The notes below the pieces were generated by a model. It was not told the DNA's origin. It was given only the letters and a program-made list of their open reading frames with translations, and did no database searches. Source: Marsupella aquatica (Eukaryota > Plantae > Marchantiophyta). Taken from it: a stretch of 64,000 nucleotides of DNA. Made by a program: the position numbers and the translations under genes. Position 1 is the first letter of the stretch, and every line of letters begins with the position of its first letter. Location of the stretch: contig OZ316895.1 of NCBI GenBank assembly GCA_973895155.1, forward strand, positions 8,916,184 to 8,980,183, read 5' to 3'. Of the stretch, positions 12,401 through 26,100 are shown one piece after another.

Positions 12401-15400
12401 CTGAGACGCTGGTAGTATACACATGAAGTACCCCAAGGTTTCCAACAAACCTTGTTGATTTCGTTGACACGAATTTCGGAACATCCTGAAACACAGCACT
12501 TTCCCCATCCACGAGCAACAACTGCAGCATGGGATGTCATTCCACCTCGGGCAGTGAGAATCCCAGCAGCTGCATGCATACCTCCGACGTCCTCCGGGCT
12601 GGTCTCATTTCGTACCTGCACACAAGTCCACAATTTTTGTCAGATCTTGACCCGAAATTTTGAAATAAACACTGAGCCTCCCTTGGATTCCAAACTTGCG
12701 TGTGTATAATAAAACATCATGCTCCATGCGAAATTGGAGTTCCCAGTAATACCGGTCTATCCAACAAAGAACTCAATTAATTACCATTTGATTGAGAAAC
12801 TTTCTGCCGATTAAAATGTAACGGATGCGAATTCCATGTACAGAGACCGACACTAGGAAAACAAAGTGAGCCTCTGAATTACCAGAATGACAGCTTTTCC
12901 TTGTGCATGTGCAGCTTCAGCCTCTTCAGCACTGAAAACAATTTGACCCACTGCAGCTCCAGGAGAAGCTGGAAGACCAGTGGCAATCACGCTCTGTTTA
13001 TACGCTGCTGGGTTTTCAAACTGCACAGCATTGGGCACAATTGTTAAAGACCAATCTCTATTACGTGCAACCGGTAGCGTCAGCCAATGAGAAATTTCAT
13101 TGCATTACTGTCTATGTGTTTTTTGTGATTGTTATTCATCCCACGGAAACTTCTATGCCTCACTAACCTGGGGATGAAGAAGTTGGTCCAAATGTTGCGG
13201 TTCAACCATCCTAATCGCAGTTTTTCTGTCAACTAGACCCTCGTTCACCACGTCGACAGCAATTTTGACAGCTCCAGCACCCGTGCGCTTACCTCCACGA
13301 CATTGGAGCATCCATAACCTGCCCTCCTGGACTGTGAATTCAATATCCTGCAAGGCCAACAACCAAGTAAATTCCTTAGCGATCTGTGCTACCACAGCCA
13401 CTAACAGTAGCTGAGATAGTGTAAATGAGATCTCCGAATCGGGTTCACATGGTCTTCGTGACTCAAAAGTACGCGCTCATATGTTCTCGTTTGATATGGT
13501 AAAATCAGCGTAGCACTTCAAAACCAAGAGGCTAGCTTTGGACCCGAGCTTTACCAAATTTCCTGCACAATCAGTCAATTTCAAGCCACAAAAGCAGATG
13601 CAAAAAGATTGCTTACCATCATGTCCTTGTAATGCTTCTCAAGGATTTCACAATTCTCGAGCAGTTCGTTGTAAGCATCAGGCAACGCCACCCTCATGGT
13701 ATCAATATCTTCTGGTGTTCGTATGCCAGCAACAACGTCCTCTCCCTACAGAGTGATCACCAAATCGTCACTCACTACGGTGCTGCAGCTCCTTAAATAA
13801 ATCCAATTTTAAGAAACAGATAAATTTCTAACCCCCCTCCCTTGGGAGCTCTCACAACTCCCATTACGTACAATGCTATTGGATAAGAGTTTGATCAGAA
13901 GCATGACTACTAACCTGGGCATTGATCAGATACTCGCCATAGAGCTTCTTCTCTCCTGTGCTTGGATTGCGTGTGAAAAGGACACCTGTGCCAGAAGTAG
14001 GGCCCATGTTTCCAAACACCATGGCTTGGACATTCACGGCCGTTCCATAAAGGCCAGTAATTTGGTTAATATTTCGGTACTTAATAGCCCGTGAGCTGTT
14101 CCATGAATCAAAGACTGCGAGCACGGATAACCGCAGTTGCTCGAAAGGATCTGCGAGTTCAAGCCCCGACATTCAGACAACGATCAAATACATCTTACGA
14201 AGTAGCGCTTTGATGATAAAACAAGTCCTTTGCTAATATAATGCCCCAATGCAATGCTCTCATTTTGCCTACTTACGACATGATCCAAAAACGAGAATGT
14301 AATCTCTATAGACGACGATGTTTACCAGTTGGAAAGTCTGCCCCTTTCGCCTTGCGATACACATCTTTATATTTAATGACAAGTTCCTTCAGATCCTGAG
14401 GGGTCAACTCAGTGTCGAGCATTACTCCCTTTGTGGATTTTAGATTTTCCAACTCGTGCTCGAAAAGCGCGTGTGGTACGTCCATTACCTTCAGCAAACA
14501 TTAGTACCAGGTTTGCATGTTAAAATGCTTCCAGTTTCAGAAATTTGAACTTATTACAAGAAGCTGTCACTGAAGATCTATACAATCCCAATGACCGAAT
14601 AAGATCAATAGAACACCATTTGATAAAGTCCTTAATCCTGGGTGCTCACCACCCCACCAAACATGTCAATAAATCGACGATACGAATCATAGGCGAATCT
14701 TTCACCACTTCGACCAGCTAGACCGGCGACCACCTCGTCATTTAATCCCAGATTCAAGACTGTATCCATCATGCCAGGCATAGATATCTGCACGACTGAA
14801 ACAGAAAAACTTCAGGACTCCGATTGAAGACTGGGCCGGCCAAGTGTCACAAGGATGGAGCATAAGGCAATTTTCTTCACTTTACAGGTGCAAACCTCAC
14901 ATTATGGCATCTCAGGTAGAATCCCGTAGCCACAGCAGATATCTGAATCACAAGTGCACGCATCGAAGTGACTAACCGCTGCTCCAGACCGAACTGACAA
15001 CAGAAGGGGCTTCGTAGGGTCCCCCAATTTAGATTCCAATATTTGTTCCGTTTGCTTCAAAGCTTCCAGAACGTCGTCCCAGAGGCCCTCGGGAAGTTGA
15101 TTGCCATTCTCATTGTAGTCGCGACAGGTCTCGGTGGTTATGGTGAGGCCGGGTGGGACAGACAAACCAATGCTGGACATTTCTGCAAGATTCGCACCCT
15201 TTCCCCCAAGCTGCAAGTTGCCCAAAATCACAAACCCAAAAGGATACCACGGCATTAAAAGCAAGCGGAGTGGACAAACCATCTCTGTATCGGAACTGCA
15301 TTAAAAACCCTTACAAGAAGGCGAACAAATCTCGATGTTGGTAACAACTAGACGTTGTCCAGGAGTCAAATTTCACGGCAGAGGGACAAGACGAATGGAT

Positions 15401-16096
15401 GACATACCAAACTCTTCATTGACTTATTGCCTTGGCTCATTCCTTTGCCGAATGTGAATACCCTCTGCAGTAACAAATTTCTAATCAGGATTGATAGGAA
15501 TTGGAAAATAAATGGTCAGGAGAAGGGAAGCCTTCAAATTGCGATCATCTCCAAAGCACTTCATACATGACATTTCGCAAACGAAAGAAAGTCTTGGAAA
15601 ATCTAAGGAAACCACCTGATCTGTGAACCCTTTCGTCAATTATTGAATCTAAACTTCAGACAAATGTAAGTAATCTTCATAAGCAGACGTACGACAATGA
15701 TGTAGGCGTCGACATTAACGTCAATTCTGGGGAGCCACACGGAATAGCCAGCGCCTACTGCTCTGCCATATTGTAACTCACCTGCTTAGTGATTGGAGGT
15801 GGGGGAGCCAAAGATTGGCACCGGGCAGACCTCCCAGCAGCTCTTCGTTCGCTGGAGACAACACCTCCTTGCTTACTCAACAGAGCATGGGAACTTTTCA
15901 AGCTACTCTCCGAGCTCCCCCATATTGAGCTTCCGTTCGTAGATGATGCTGTAGCTCTGCAGCTGGAAACAACCAGATAACTCTTTCGAGCAATCAGCTG
16001 AGTAGCAGAGGATGTGGACACAGCAGTGGCCTGGTGCTGTGACCCATTTGCGAGGCTCACTGGTGAGATCCATGTTGCTCTGCTCGTGCATTCCAT
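8694..16096 (-). CDS. PPDK: Pyruvate, orthophosphate dikinase, plastid-targeted (multi-exon; span from ATG to stop)
   Basis: Exons encode [76 protein letters not shown] (regulatory Thr, catalytic His), [40 protein letters not shown] and GVCGEHGG. Last exon 8739-8694 reads [14 protein letters not shown]. First coding exon 16096-15782 is a Ser/Ala-rich transit peptide. Confidence 0.97.
9354..9403. repeat. (TA)n microsatellite in a PPDK intron
   Basis: About 25 uninterrupted TA units. Confidence 0.97.
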
Positions 16097-19000
16097 CCTG
16101 ATGCAAAACAAACCAGATCCCGAATTCTCCTTTTCTCAAGATCTATACCTCACTTCACCACAATCCGTCGAGTTCTTCCTCCACCTGATGTACAGAGAGA
16201 CAGATTCTCAAAATTCTCACCGATAAAGGACAATTTCGCCTCCGTCCTAGCGTTTTCTTCTACACCTCGTCCTCAGTTCCAATGAGCAAAGATTGCGTAT
16301 TCTCTCCCAATTTGAAGAAAGGAATAATCCAAGCCGTGCTCTGAGAGGAAAAGCAAGTGCTGACAACAGTAAAGATCTGAGTCCCGGATAGGATCAGAAG
16401 TACAATATACGGCAAAATTTGCTTCTAGAGGCGTAAAGCAGCCATCAAACTTAGAATCCCTGCTATCCCAAATTAGTACTGTCCAGTAGGAAGCATGAAG
16501 GACAACAGTAGTACTGTGGCAGCCCCCGCCAGGAAGGCGTGAGTCGGCGAGGTGGCCAATCGGAAACCCCAGCAACAAGACGCGACTACAGTCCAGTACA
16601 GTACAAATCTTACTTCGCAGGAGCAACAATTCCCATTATCCACATCCAGTCGCCCACCCAGCTTAAAATAAAACTATTTAAAATCGTTCACAAACGGTCC
16701 GCACAAATGAATGTGAACCACTGAAGCACATGAGACGAAGGACGTCGCGGCGCAACAACACCGGCTAATCTGGAAATCGAATTCAAGCTAGAGTACAATC
16801 TACGCTATAGTCTCACAGAACGAAAATCTCTGCTTACAGTCCAAGCCCACTAATAATTACTACAATTGCTACTACCCACCCTAGTTGGCATCTAACTTCC
16901 CTCTGCACCCAACTGCCACCATCCAAGCCACGCTATTGTGAGACCTTCTTCGGACCGCATCCACACATCGGCAGGAATGACTCAATTCCAAGTCGCGCCG
17001 TTCATCTCATCCAATTGCGAAAACACTCTGGAAACCCGACCCCACTGCTGAGAACATTTCACAGTCACCAAAAAGGCACACAATCAATGACTCACCACCA
17101 CGGATCGGGACTCAATACCATCCTCACCTGCGAGGAAGTGGTCACGCAAATGCAACGACGACAGCCACTTCCTGGAGTTCTGCTGAATCCGACGCCACTG
17201 CGCGATTGCATTGAAGGCGAGGGCACGTCTCGATGCTAATCAGTGGAGACTAGCTCAAGATCAGCTGCCCGATGCCTTCAGAATGCACTGCAGAACCGAT
17301 CTAGAAAGGAGTTTTTCTTTTCTTTTCTTTTCTTTTCTTTTCTTTCCCAGACTTCCACTCTTCCATTCTTGCTATGGTCTCTGCGCTTACTGAGACAGTG
17401 GTGCTCAGCTTCATCTTCGTGTGGTCTCCTTTGCACTTTGGAGCTCTGCTGCAACTGAAAAAGCGAGAAATCAATGCATCTTAGTGCGACACTTTCGGTC
17501 AGAGGTGTGACGTAACTCCACCAGATTGGACTCTAAAGTCTAAAGATATATTCTGGGATCTATTCTGGACGACAGTTCAGAAACGCATTTAGTAAGGGCT
17601 CTCCAAAAAAGACAAACTTACACCAAAATTCATGAAAGAAAAGTGTCAAACAAATACATGAGTGTGAATTCAAGGACTAATGCTCACATTGTAAAATGTG
17701 ACACATCCAATGTACTATTCAGCAAGTGGGACACAAATGTACTCTAGCGTGTGAGAGACCGACCATAAATTGTTTGAGCTTGGGCACATTTTAAGGCCAC
17801 TGAAATCAATTGTTTGAGCTTGGGCACACTATAAGGCCACTGAAATCTGCCCACAAAAGTGAGTGGCCAAGATGGATAGTGGGGGTTAGGAGAGGCCCAT
17901 TTGTGCATGAATATCAGAAGCAGCCTGTCGAAGAAGCCCACCAAATTGATGATGAAGACGCCTAAATATTTCAAAAGCTTCATAGTTAAGTAATGATTTT
18001 AAATGATGATCGCTTTGGCCATAAACAAAATGCCCATAGCTTAGTTTTCTCACAAGGTTGTGTAAAAAATTTAAATAACACTGTCGGCCTCTATTATGGC
18101 TTATGGTTGGAACCTATCTACAGAACATCACTACAAGACAAAACATGAAGCATGTTCCAAGATGAACATGCTATGATTATATGACTTTCTGACAAAAAAT
18201 TATGGATCCTGAATATGGTATCTAATAAACTTAACTACTAAGTTAGCCTTCCATCAGATTTTGGTTGGAGTAACCTACTAAGCTAACATCCATCAGATTT
18301 TGGTTGGAGAAACCTACTAAGCTAACGTCCATCAGATTTTGGTTTGAGCCCCTTAGTGTTGCCAATTGGGTCTTGTCATTCAATGCTGTCTTTTCAAGCA
18401 ATTGTACACATAAGGTGAGAACATGAGCAGCGTGCTTTTAGTGGCCAAAATTCGTGAAATTACACCTCACAGAAAAGTCTTTAATGGACCAAAATCGTTA
18501 ACTTACACATTACAGAAAAGTCATTAGTGGACAAAATTCGTTAATGGCAGGTGAAGACATGAGCAGTCTGTGTGTATTTAGTGGCCAAATTTGTTGAATT
18601 ACTCCTCACGGAAAAGCTGCTTTTGGCAAAGCTTAGCTACAATAGGGGGTCTCAAATATGGGCCGCAGACTAAGTTACGGCCGGCCGGGTTTGGTTCGGG
18701 CGGGTGCGGCCAAATTGTGTGCGGCACTCCCCATGCATGGTCCGCACAGTGTGGTCGCGGGATATTACCGTTTGCATGACGAGTTGGGCCCCGACGAGTT
18801 GGGCCCGGACGGTGAAAACATGAGTGAGCACAGTTTGAACTGACACTCTGAGTGTCCTGTCTTGCTCTTCGCGTGGAGTGAAGGAAGTGCAGGGGAGAGC
18901 ATGGATGGACGCGTGATGAGAGTGCTGGTATGAGACAACCGCCATAGCTACCATCGGAGGATCATGGGAAAGGTTAGGGGAGCTTGAGCACAGAGGAGTA

Positions 19001-19257
19001 GACGTGTCACGAGACCGCGAGGGAGTTTCTGAGAGCGCCATCTTGTTTGCAGGCAGAAGTGCGGCGAGTTGAGGTCGAAGTGCAGCGCGCAAGTTCAAGT
19101 CGGCATCAATTCAGGCGTACGTAAGAACCTAAACTATTCTGCATCAGTTTTTGCTACAGCAAATGTCACCGCAAAGATTGGGAAGATCGATACATAGAGA
19201 TGTCGAAGGTCTCAAACAATAATAATAATTTTCAATCCCTCTTTTTGACAGGAAAAG

Positions 19258-19902
19258 ATGGGAGAGTTTACCTGCTTGTCTGAAGTGGAGTATAGTAGGG
19301 CCAGAGGCAGCATGAACACATTTCCAGTAGCACTAGTTTGGATAGCCAACTATGTCGCTCCTAATCCTTACCCACGGAAGTTCGTGTATCAGGCTTGCCC
19401 CCATAGACTACCCAGAGGTCGAATGTGTTCTAAGTCTCTTGAATTTGCGCCATGTACAAATCACAATGAGCCTTCCATATGGAAATTCCGGTTTATGATT
19501 GTCTCCTTCGACACCATTCATGGGGAGACGCCTCCTCTCCATGTCAACGTGTGGGATGCAGCTTCGGTGCTCCTTGGATGCTCACCTCAGGATTTTAGTA
19601 CCTGGAGTGAAGTTGAGCAAGTTGGTTACTTGAATGCTCTGGTGGAGAACACTCCAAGAGCAGAGGTGGTGCTCAGAATAACAGAGAAAGGGGTGACAGT
19701 GCAGCAGCTGACATTGGTGGATGTCCCACGCATCCCTGTGCCTAGAGTGATCATGGCTTCCAGGGGTCTAGAACCACGTAGTAGTCCTTACCACACACCA
19801 GCGAAATGTAATGCAAGTCCGCAGAAACAGTCCAGTACCAAAAAATTGTTCGAGGAACTCTGTAATGCCATTAGGAGTGCAGATATAAGTGACAATGAGT
19901 GA
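19258..19902 (+). CDS. Transposon-borne protein resembling the RPA70 C-terminal OB-fold (Rep_fac-A_C-like) with a zinc-ribbon, 214 aa
   Basis: FVYQACP...MCSKSL...PCTNH...WKFRFMIVSFD...LHVNVWDAASVLLGCSPQDF follows the RPA1 DBD-C pattern (YxACP..CxKK..C..YRYxLxxxIxD..WxTxFxExAExxLGxS). The ORF is intact and preceded by a pyrimidine tract and AG acceptor (19250-19251). Confidence 0.7.
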   Translation: MGEFTCLSEVEYSRARGSMNTFPVALVWIANYVAPNPYPRKFVYQACPHRLPRGRMCSKSLEFAPCTNHNEPSIWKFRFMIVSFDTIHGETPPLHVNVWDAASVLLGCSPQDFSTWSEVEQVGYLNALVENTPRAEVVLRITEKGVTVQQLTLVDVPRIPVPRVIMASRGLEPRSSPYHTPAKCNASPQKQSSTKKLFEELCNAIRSADISDNE

Positions 19903-20157
19903 AAGAAAGCAGGGGTCGGCCTAGCTGGGGCAGAGAATTAGGGTTTGCAGTATCCCTGAAATTTTCTCAGGGTTCACTACTTAGTTCAGCTTTATAGGGT
20001 TCATGCACAATTTTTGACTAGGAGTAACAGTAGTGCATCAAGAAGTCTGGTTATTTCAGACTTTTGTACATCAACTTTTAATTGAAAGTCCTTTCGGACT
20101 CTAATTTTGTTCACTGATAATATTTTGCTCATAGTTGTTGCAGCGGAAGGTTAAAAA

Positions 20158-21646
20158 ATGCCAAAGGTTTCAAATCGACAGCAATGCTTGAAGTGGGTCC
20201 GAGAGCACTTGTATCTAAGTATTATGATGGAGAGCTCTGGTGACAAAGATGGCATGAGTGGGGCATCTGATACTTCCTCTCATACAAGTGGGTTCATGTC
20301 TCCTGATTCTGATTCTGACTTGAACTCTTCATCTGATTTAGACGCTGAATGTATCACAAACCCATGTGATGTGAATGGTAAGCCAGGATAGTGGTTTGGC
20401 TGGTATACTCTGCTAGACAGTGAGAGATACTATGAGCAATGATGTAAAACACCACGGGCAAAAGAATTTGCAGATACTTTTTTCAGATCGATTCTGCCCC
20501 TCAGTGACTTCAGACAAATCTGTAGAATGGATAAGGAAGGATTTTTCGCCCTTCTTCAATTGATTGAATCACATCCTGTGTATCATAACAACTCGAGTCA
20601 TCAGCAGGCCCCAGTTTCACTTCAATTAGCAACTTGCCTAGATAGGCTCGAACATAGTGGAAATGGCGTCTGCTTGAAACGGACATTGCTTTTGTGGGGA
20701 GTAAGTGTGGGCTCATGTGTCAATTATACTGCTAGAACTGTGACTGCCCTTGAGTCTGCCCTTGGAGATTATTTGATAGGGTAGACCGTCAGCAGATTTC
20801 CAAGGAATTTGAAAAACATGGATTCCATGGTTGTGTTGGCTTGATTGATGGAACGACCATGCCATTGGCCCAACAGCCCAAAAACCATGGCGAGTGCTAC
20901 TTTGACAGGAAATCCCGCTACTCAATCAATGCTCAGATTTTCTGCGACCACAACAGGAAGATTACTTTCCTGTATGCTGGTGAGTCCTTAACCCTCTAAC
21001 CCAATTGTCAGTAACTATATGTTGAGCTTTCAAATTCAAATTCAACTCCCGATTCAACTCCCTTTCCTGCCTGTGGTTGCAATGCTCAGGGTCTACCAGT
21101 TCATGTTCAGACTTAACTTGTCTGAAGAGGTGCATACTTTGGGAGAAAATCCATGGACTGTCAGCATTTGATCCAGGGCAGTATGTCCTTGGGGATTCAG
21201 GCTACGTGAATGCTCCCCACATGGTTGCTGCGTACAAGAACACATTTGGGCACAAGGATAAGGATGACTTCAATTTTTGCATTGCCAAGACCAGGTACAT
21301 TAACGAGCATTGTATAGGCGTTCTGAAATCACGCTGGTTTTCATTGAAATAAATCTGAACTCAATTGAATGAGAAGGACTCTGTATGGATGTGTCGATGG
21401 ATCCGAGCATGTTGTTTACTGCACAATTTTGTGCTGACAATAAATGATGAGTGGACAGAAGCAAACATGACCAATTGCCCACCAGGTCCTCCGGAGGAAG
21501 AACGCATAGAAAGCAGCACAGGTCCTGTTGACATGGCCCGTAATAGGGCAGCCAGAGCTGCTGGGGGGACCTTGCAGATTGGAGTCATGGCTTGGGCTCT
21601 TGCTTTTGCACATCAACCAGGGGGATCTCTATGGGATTGGTCATAG
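20158..21646 (+). pseudogene. Harbinger/PHIS DDE transposase (DDE_Tnp_4-like), inactivated
   Basis: FRQICRMDKEGF..LLQLIESHPVY..QLATCLDRL; GCVGLIDGT (D1); YFDRKSRYSINAQIFCD; intron ~20980-21089; YVLGDSGY (D2); INEHCIGVLKSRWFSLK (E); CCLLHNF. Several in-frame stops and a frameshift near 20780-20810. Confidence 0.92.
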
Positions 21647-23182
21647 TGAATTTAGAATGTTGTCTTGCAGAAAGACAAAGATAAGATAATGACTTAGTTG
21701 TAGGGGCATTTTAGGATTGTCACCATGCATGCAATTATGTACACTGCCTTGAGCACTTGCAAAACTCTTCATATTTATAATAAAAATTTCCATACACAAG
21801 GATGACAGTATTCTCAATTCTATGATAATTGGCGTGTGGTGCAATTTATGAGTCTTCCATTCTACTATTTTTGAATGTTAGATGTAAAAGAAAATTTACT
21901 TATAACAGGGTTCAGCCGATACATTCATGTGCAGTCCTGCACGATAGACTCCATGCAAAAAATGTTTTGCAAGCAAATGTAAATACATCTAAGTTCTAAT
22001 TAAATTATAAATTCTGCAAAGCCTATCTGCCTCCATGTCTGTCCTACTCGGTACCATGCTTGCTGTCATCATACAGAGGAGGGCCTAAATCTGTGGCCAT
22101 CATAGAGTCTACCATCTTCATCAACCTTGTTATTTCCCCTTCAGACTTGTTACTCTTAAATAAGTCTGACATCAAGGATGCACGCATATATGGTCATTTG
22201 TGCCATCATCATTTGATGATGTTGGTCCATGCCAAGACGCTTCTTAGCTTCTGATGCAGTAAAGTGTTCCAACTTGAATTTGTGCACTCGGTCTAGCTTG
22301 TCGTTCTTGGCAGAATCAACTCTAGCTTGGCGTCTGTCATCTATTTCTTCCTTCTTCCATTGGAGTTTGCTTCCAATCAACTCCTTCCTAAACATTGCCT
22401 TCTCCTTCTTCTGCTCAGCATACATAGCTGCCAAGCTACCCCTTCAAGTGGCAGACCCTTCCTGCGCAGCCTTATTCTTCGGTGGCACAACTCTGTCATT
22501 CCCCCTTGAAGCAGATGTAGTTCTCGGTGGTGCAGCTAGGGGTGTCTCCTGATTTGTTGTCGTATTTCCTGCCTGAGTGGGTCTTGATCCAGCATGGTTC
22601 GTGGGAGGGGCCCGATTGGGAATGTATGTCGCTCTGACATCCTCTGTTCCAGAGGGGATAGGATCTACTTCCGTTGGCAGTGGATTTGGAGGAAGCGAGT
22701 CATCTTCTACATCTGGTGGGGAATCTGCATTGTAGAGTAGAGTAAGAGCAAGAAATATGTGACTCCAATGTGAGAAGCATGACATTCACAATGCAGATTG
22801 GAGTAAAAAATTAAACCCATAAAATTACCTGCCATCAGCCAGGTTGGTGAAGCTGGCTCCTCCTCTCATTCATCCCTGCCATCTTCGCTCTCTTGAGGTA
22901 CATCTTCAGTCTCGTCAGGAGCCTCAACAATTCCACACCCAGGGAAACCATGGCTAGCAACACTAGGAGGTTGAATGTTAGCACGTTCTCCGCAAATGGC
23001 ATGCATTCTATCACAGAGAGGGCACATCTTATCTAATTTCTGTTCAAGAGTCATCCCACATTGAACCTCCTCCTCAGAAAATCCCCCGCCAGTGGAATTC
23101 TTTACCATCAGGGCCTTCTTGTACATGTCTTGGTACCTACCAAACCTCTTCGCCAGATTAGCGCCATCCATCTTAGGGAAAT

Positions 23183-26100
23183 TGTGAGATAAGGATGTTT
23201 ATGAAGGAAGGGTTAACTAGCCATAAATTTTCGAATTTTAAGTTTAAGATCTCAAATGAGGCTAAAGAGGGACCTGACGACTACTTTGAAGTGTTATGAG
23301 ACTTTCAAGCCCATCTGAGGTCAACCCGGTTTGATATTAGAGAAGGAGGATCGACCCGGAACTTTTTGTTATAAGCCTGGAATGAGATATAAAGCTTATA
23401 CCGAGACTCTACTCAACAACAGCTATCCATTGCCAAAGTTTTTAAAACCATAAGTCAAACACAGGCACGACCACAGCAGAATCCGGATATAAGGAAGGAG
23501 AGTCAATCCGGCCTCTCACACCTCTCAAAGCCGAACTTAGTAGGTTTTGAGTTCCCGAGCGCATTAGGCTGTTAAAGCAGTAGAGTGAGGAGGCTCTACC
23601 CTTTTGGTAGAGGATCTTGGGTCCGGATTATAGGACCAATCTTGAATTTCTTGATGAGAGCCTAGATATGAGGGTACTGACTGATTCGTTGTGAGGGGAA
23701 TGCCTACTCCGCCGCTGGGAGTGAAGGTAGGAAGTTTGAGATTCTGATCGTGCATACATCGGTGATGAGAAGGAAGGCCAGGTTGATCCGGACATCTACA
23801 TTGCAGGCCCGTTTGAGTCTATCTTTGCCCCACGTTCGATGCACCTGAATTCTGATTGACGGGATCTTGATCAACGTTTCCAGAAGCGCTTGTCAGTTGA
23901 TCAGAAATGCCATAGCCAGGTCGATCCGGACATTTCTACCATTGGTCGACACCGAAGCGATTGACCATTCTGAAGTCGCAGCATTGTAGAGCTTGCCGAC
24001 GAGGAGGCAGGCCATTTATTGGGAATCCATTTGCTGCTTCGATAAGTCCTATGGAGCAAGGGACGGATCCAGCCGGAATGTCCACTTCTCGCGTCTCTAA
24101 GGGGCATTCAACCTCAACATCACCTGCACCTACTCCGGTTAAAGCCCCTGTGAGACGATCGAAGAGAAAGGAGGTCCCTATTGCCATGAAAATTCTGAGG
24201 CCAGCTATTCCGGACAGTGAAGCTGAGAAGGTCAAATTGAGGGATTCTTTGCTCAGGATGGGCTGTGAGTCTCTGATGGAGCTACCCTGGAGTTATCAGA
24301 GCGAAGATATGATCAGAGAGATCCGATCCAAGGAGTGTCCGGCTGAGTTTAAGGATACCTCCAGAGGCCGACCTGAGCGATAGACTCAGATGATGATTGC
24401 AGGAGCTTTTGTATTGGAAGATGAAGGAGAAGGTCCAGTGGGAAGAGCTGTCAATCTAATCCTTCCTTACTTCAAAGGAGCCATCAACAGTAAGGACGGG
24501 TTCAATGTTTCTAAGTGTTTGGATCCTGATCTGAGACGAGTCTTCAGCTTTCTGCTACCCCTGCTGTACCCTGAGAAGCCAAGAAGAGTTACTGTTGGAG
24601 TTGGCTCTACCATTGTTGCTGCTTACAAGGGAGAAAGAAAAGTCAACTGGGCTAAGCTTATCTTTGATTTGATAAGGAAGTTGGTACAGAACCTATCCAA
24701 CAAGAGTCCTACTCCCCTATCCTGCTACCTGGTACATCTATATAGCTTTGAAGGAGTTTTGTTCAAAGAGGAGAAGAAATTACTATTGGCCAAGTTCAAC
24801 TTCATAAAGTATGGAGAGACAGATCCAGATATCACCCAGGCCACCTCTGATGACAGTGAGGATGAGGAACCAGCAGAGACAAATCCTCGAAAGACCCGGT
24901 CTGCTGCCCAGAACCTCGACTCGGACTTTTCCGACCCGGCCTTCGTCGACCCGGCTGAATGTCCGGATGCACCCGGCCATGCCTCCCAAGACACCCTAGC
25001 TGATTTCCAGATCATCTCAGACACGTTCCAGAAGGTGAAGAGGAAGACCACTGTGATGGAGAAGGTCATCACCGACATTTTGCAGAAGCTAGGAGTGAAA
25101 CCAAGGCAGATTCTTGAGAAGATCTCCACCATGAGTGATGCCACAGATAAGAAGAAGTTGGAGAAGGAGAATGAGTTCCTCAAGAAGAAGGTATCTGAAC
25201 TCAAACAGCAGTTGGAAAGGAGTAAGAAGAAGAATGAGCTTGAGCATACTCTCCAACTCAGTATCACTCAATCTTTGGATCTGATTGAGGCTTTGACTAA
25301 GATAGCTTCTCTGGATCTTCTTAAGGCCCAAATTTATGATGAGTATTTGGCCAAGAACACCACACCCATCATTTTCTCCAAGATTAACCATTTAGTGGTA
25401 GATGTGAGTACCAAGGTGGATGATGCACTTACAGGCCTCTCAAAGACCTGTGAAGCCTTAAGGGAGATGAGTGACTTGACTACTGAGGAGCTATTAGCTG
25501 ATACTGAGATTCCTCCCTTTACTACCAGATCTTTCTCTCCTAGTCCTCATGAAGGAGTCTATTCCATTGGCCCCTCATCACCCCTCAACCCTCCTGGTTT
25601 CCCCACTCCCAGTACACACTTCCACTCCCATTCTTACACCTATTCTCATGACCCAAGTGCCCATCAGGAGAACATGGATATTGACCCGTCCATCCCTTTT
25701 ACCACTGGCCAGCAGGGAGTTTACCTTCGGCCAGAACCCCTTGCTATGGCCAACCCTGAGGAGGATCCTTCCCAGAAGATAGGACCTGAATAGAACTATA
25801 TTTAGAGAGTTAGAGCCACATTAGTTTAAACCTAGAAATGGCTATGTAGACTAATATATGAGTAAGTAGACTCCAGCATTTTGTTGATATATCCATTGTA
25901 GTCTCTACTCTATTTTTGACTAGGATAGTTTAGTTTTATTTACATACTTCTTTAGACTTGGGTTTTGAAAAGGCATGTCTTTTCATAATCTCCACTTTTA
26001 GTACAAAAGGAGGAGAATCCAAAGTCAACCCGGAGGAGAGAGATGCATTTTGATTTCCCCATTTTGATTTTTGGAGAAATCTATGTCTTTTCTTCCCTTC

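Noticed and set aside
24725-25267. 180-aa minus-strand ORF
   Set aside because: Antisense shadow of the retroelement accessory ORF.
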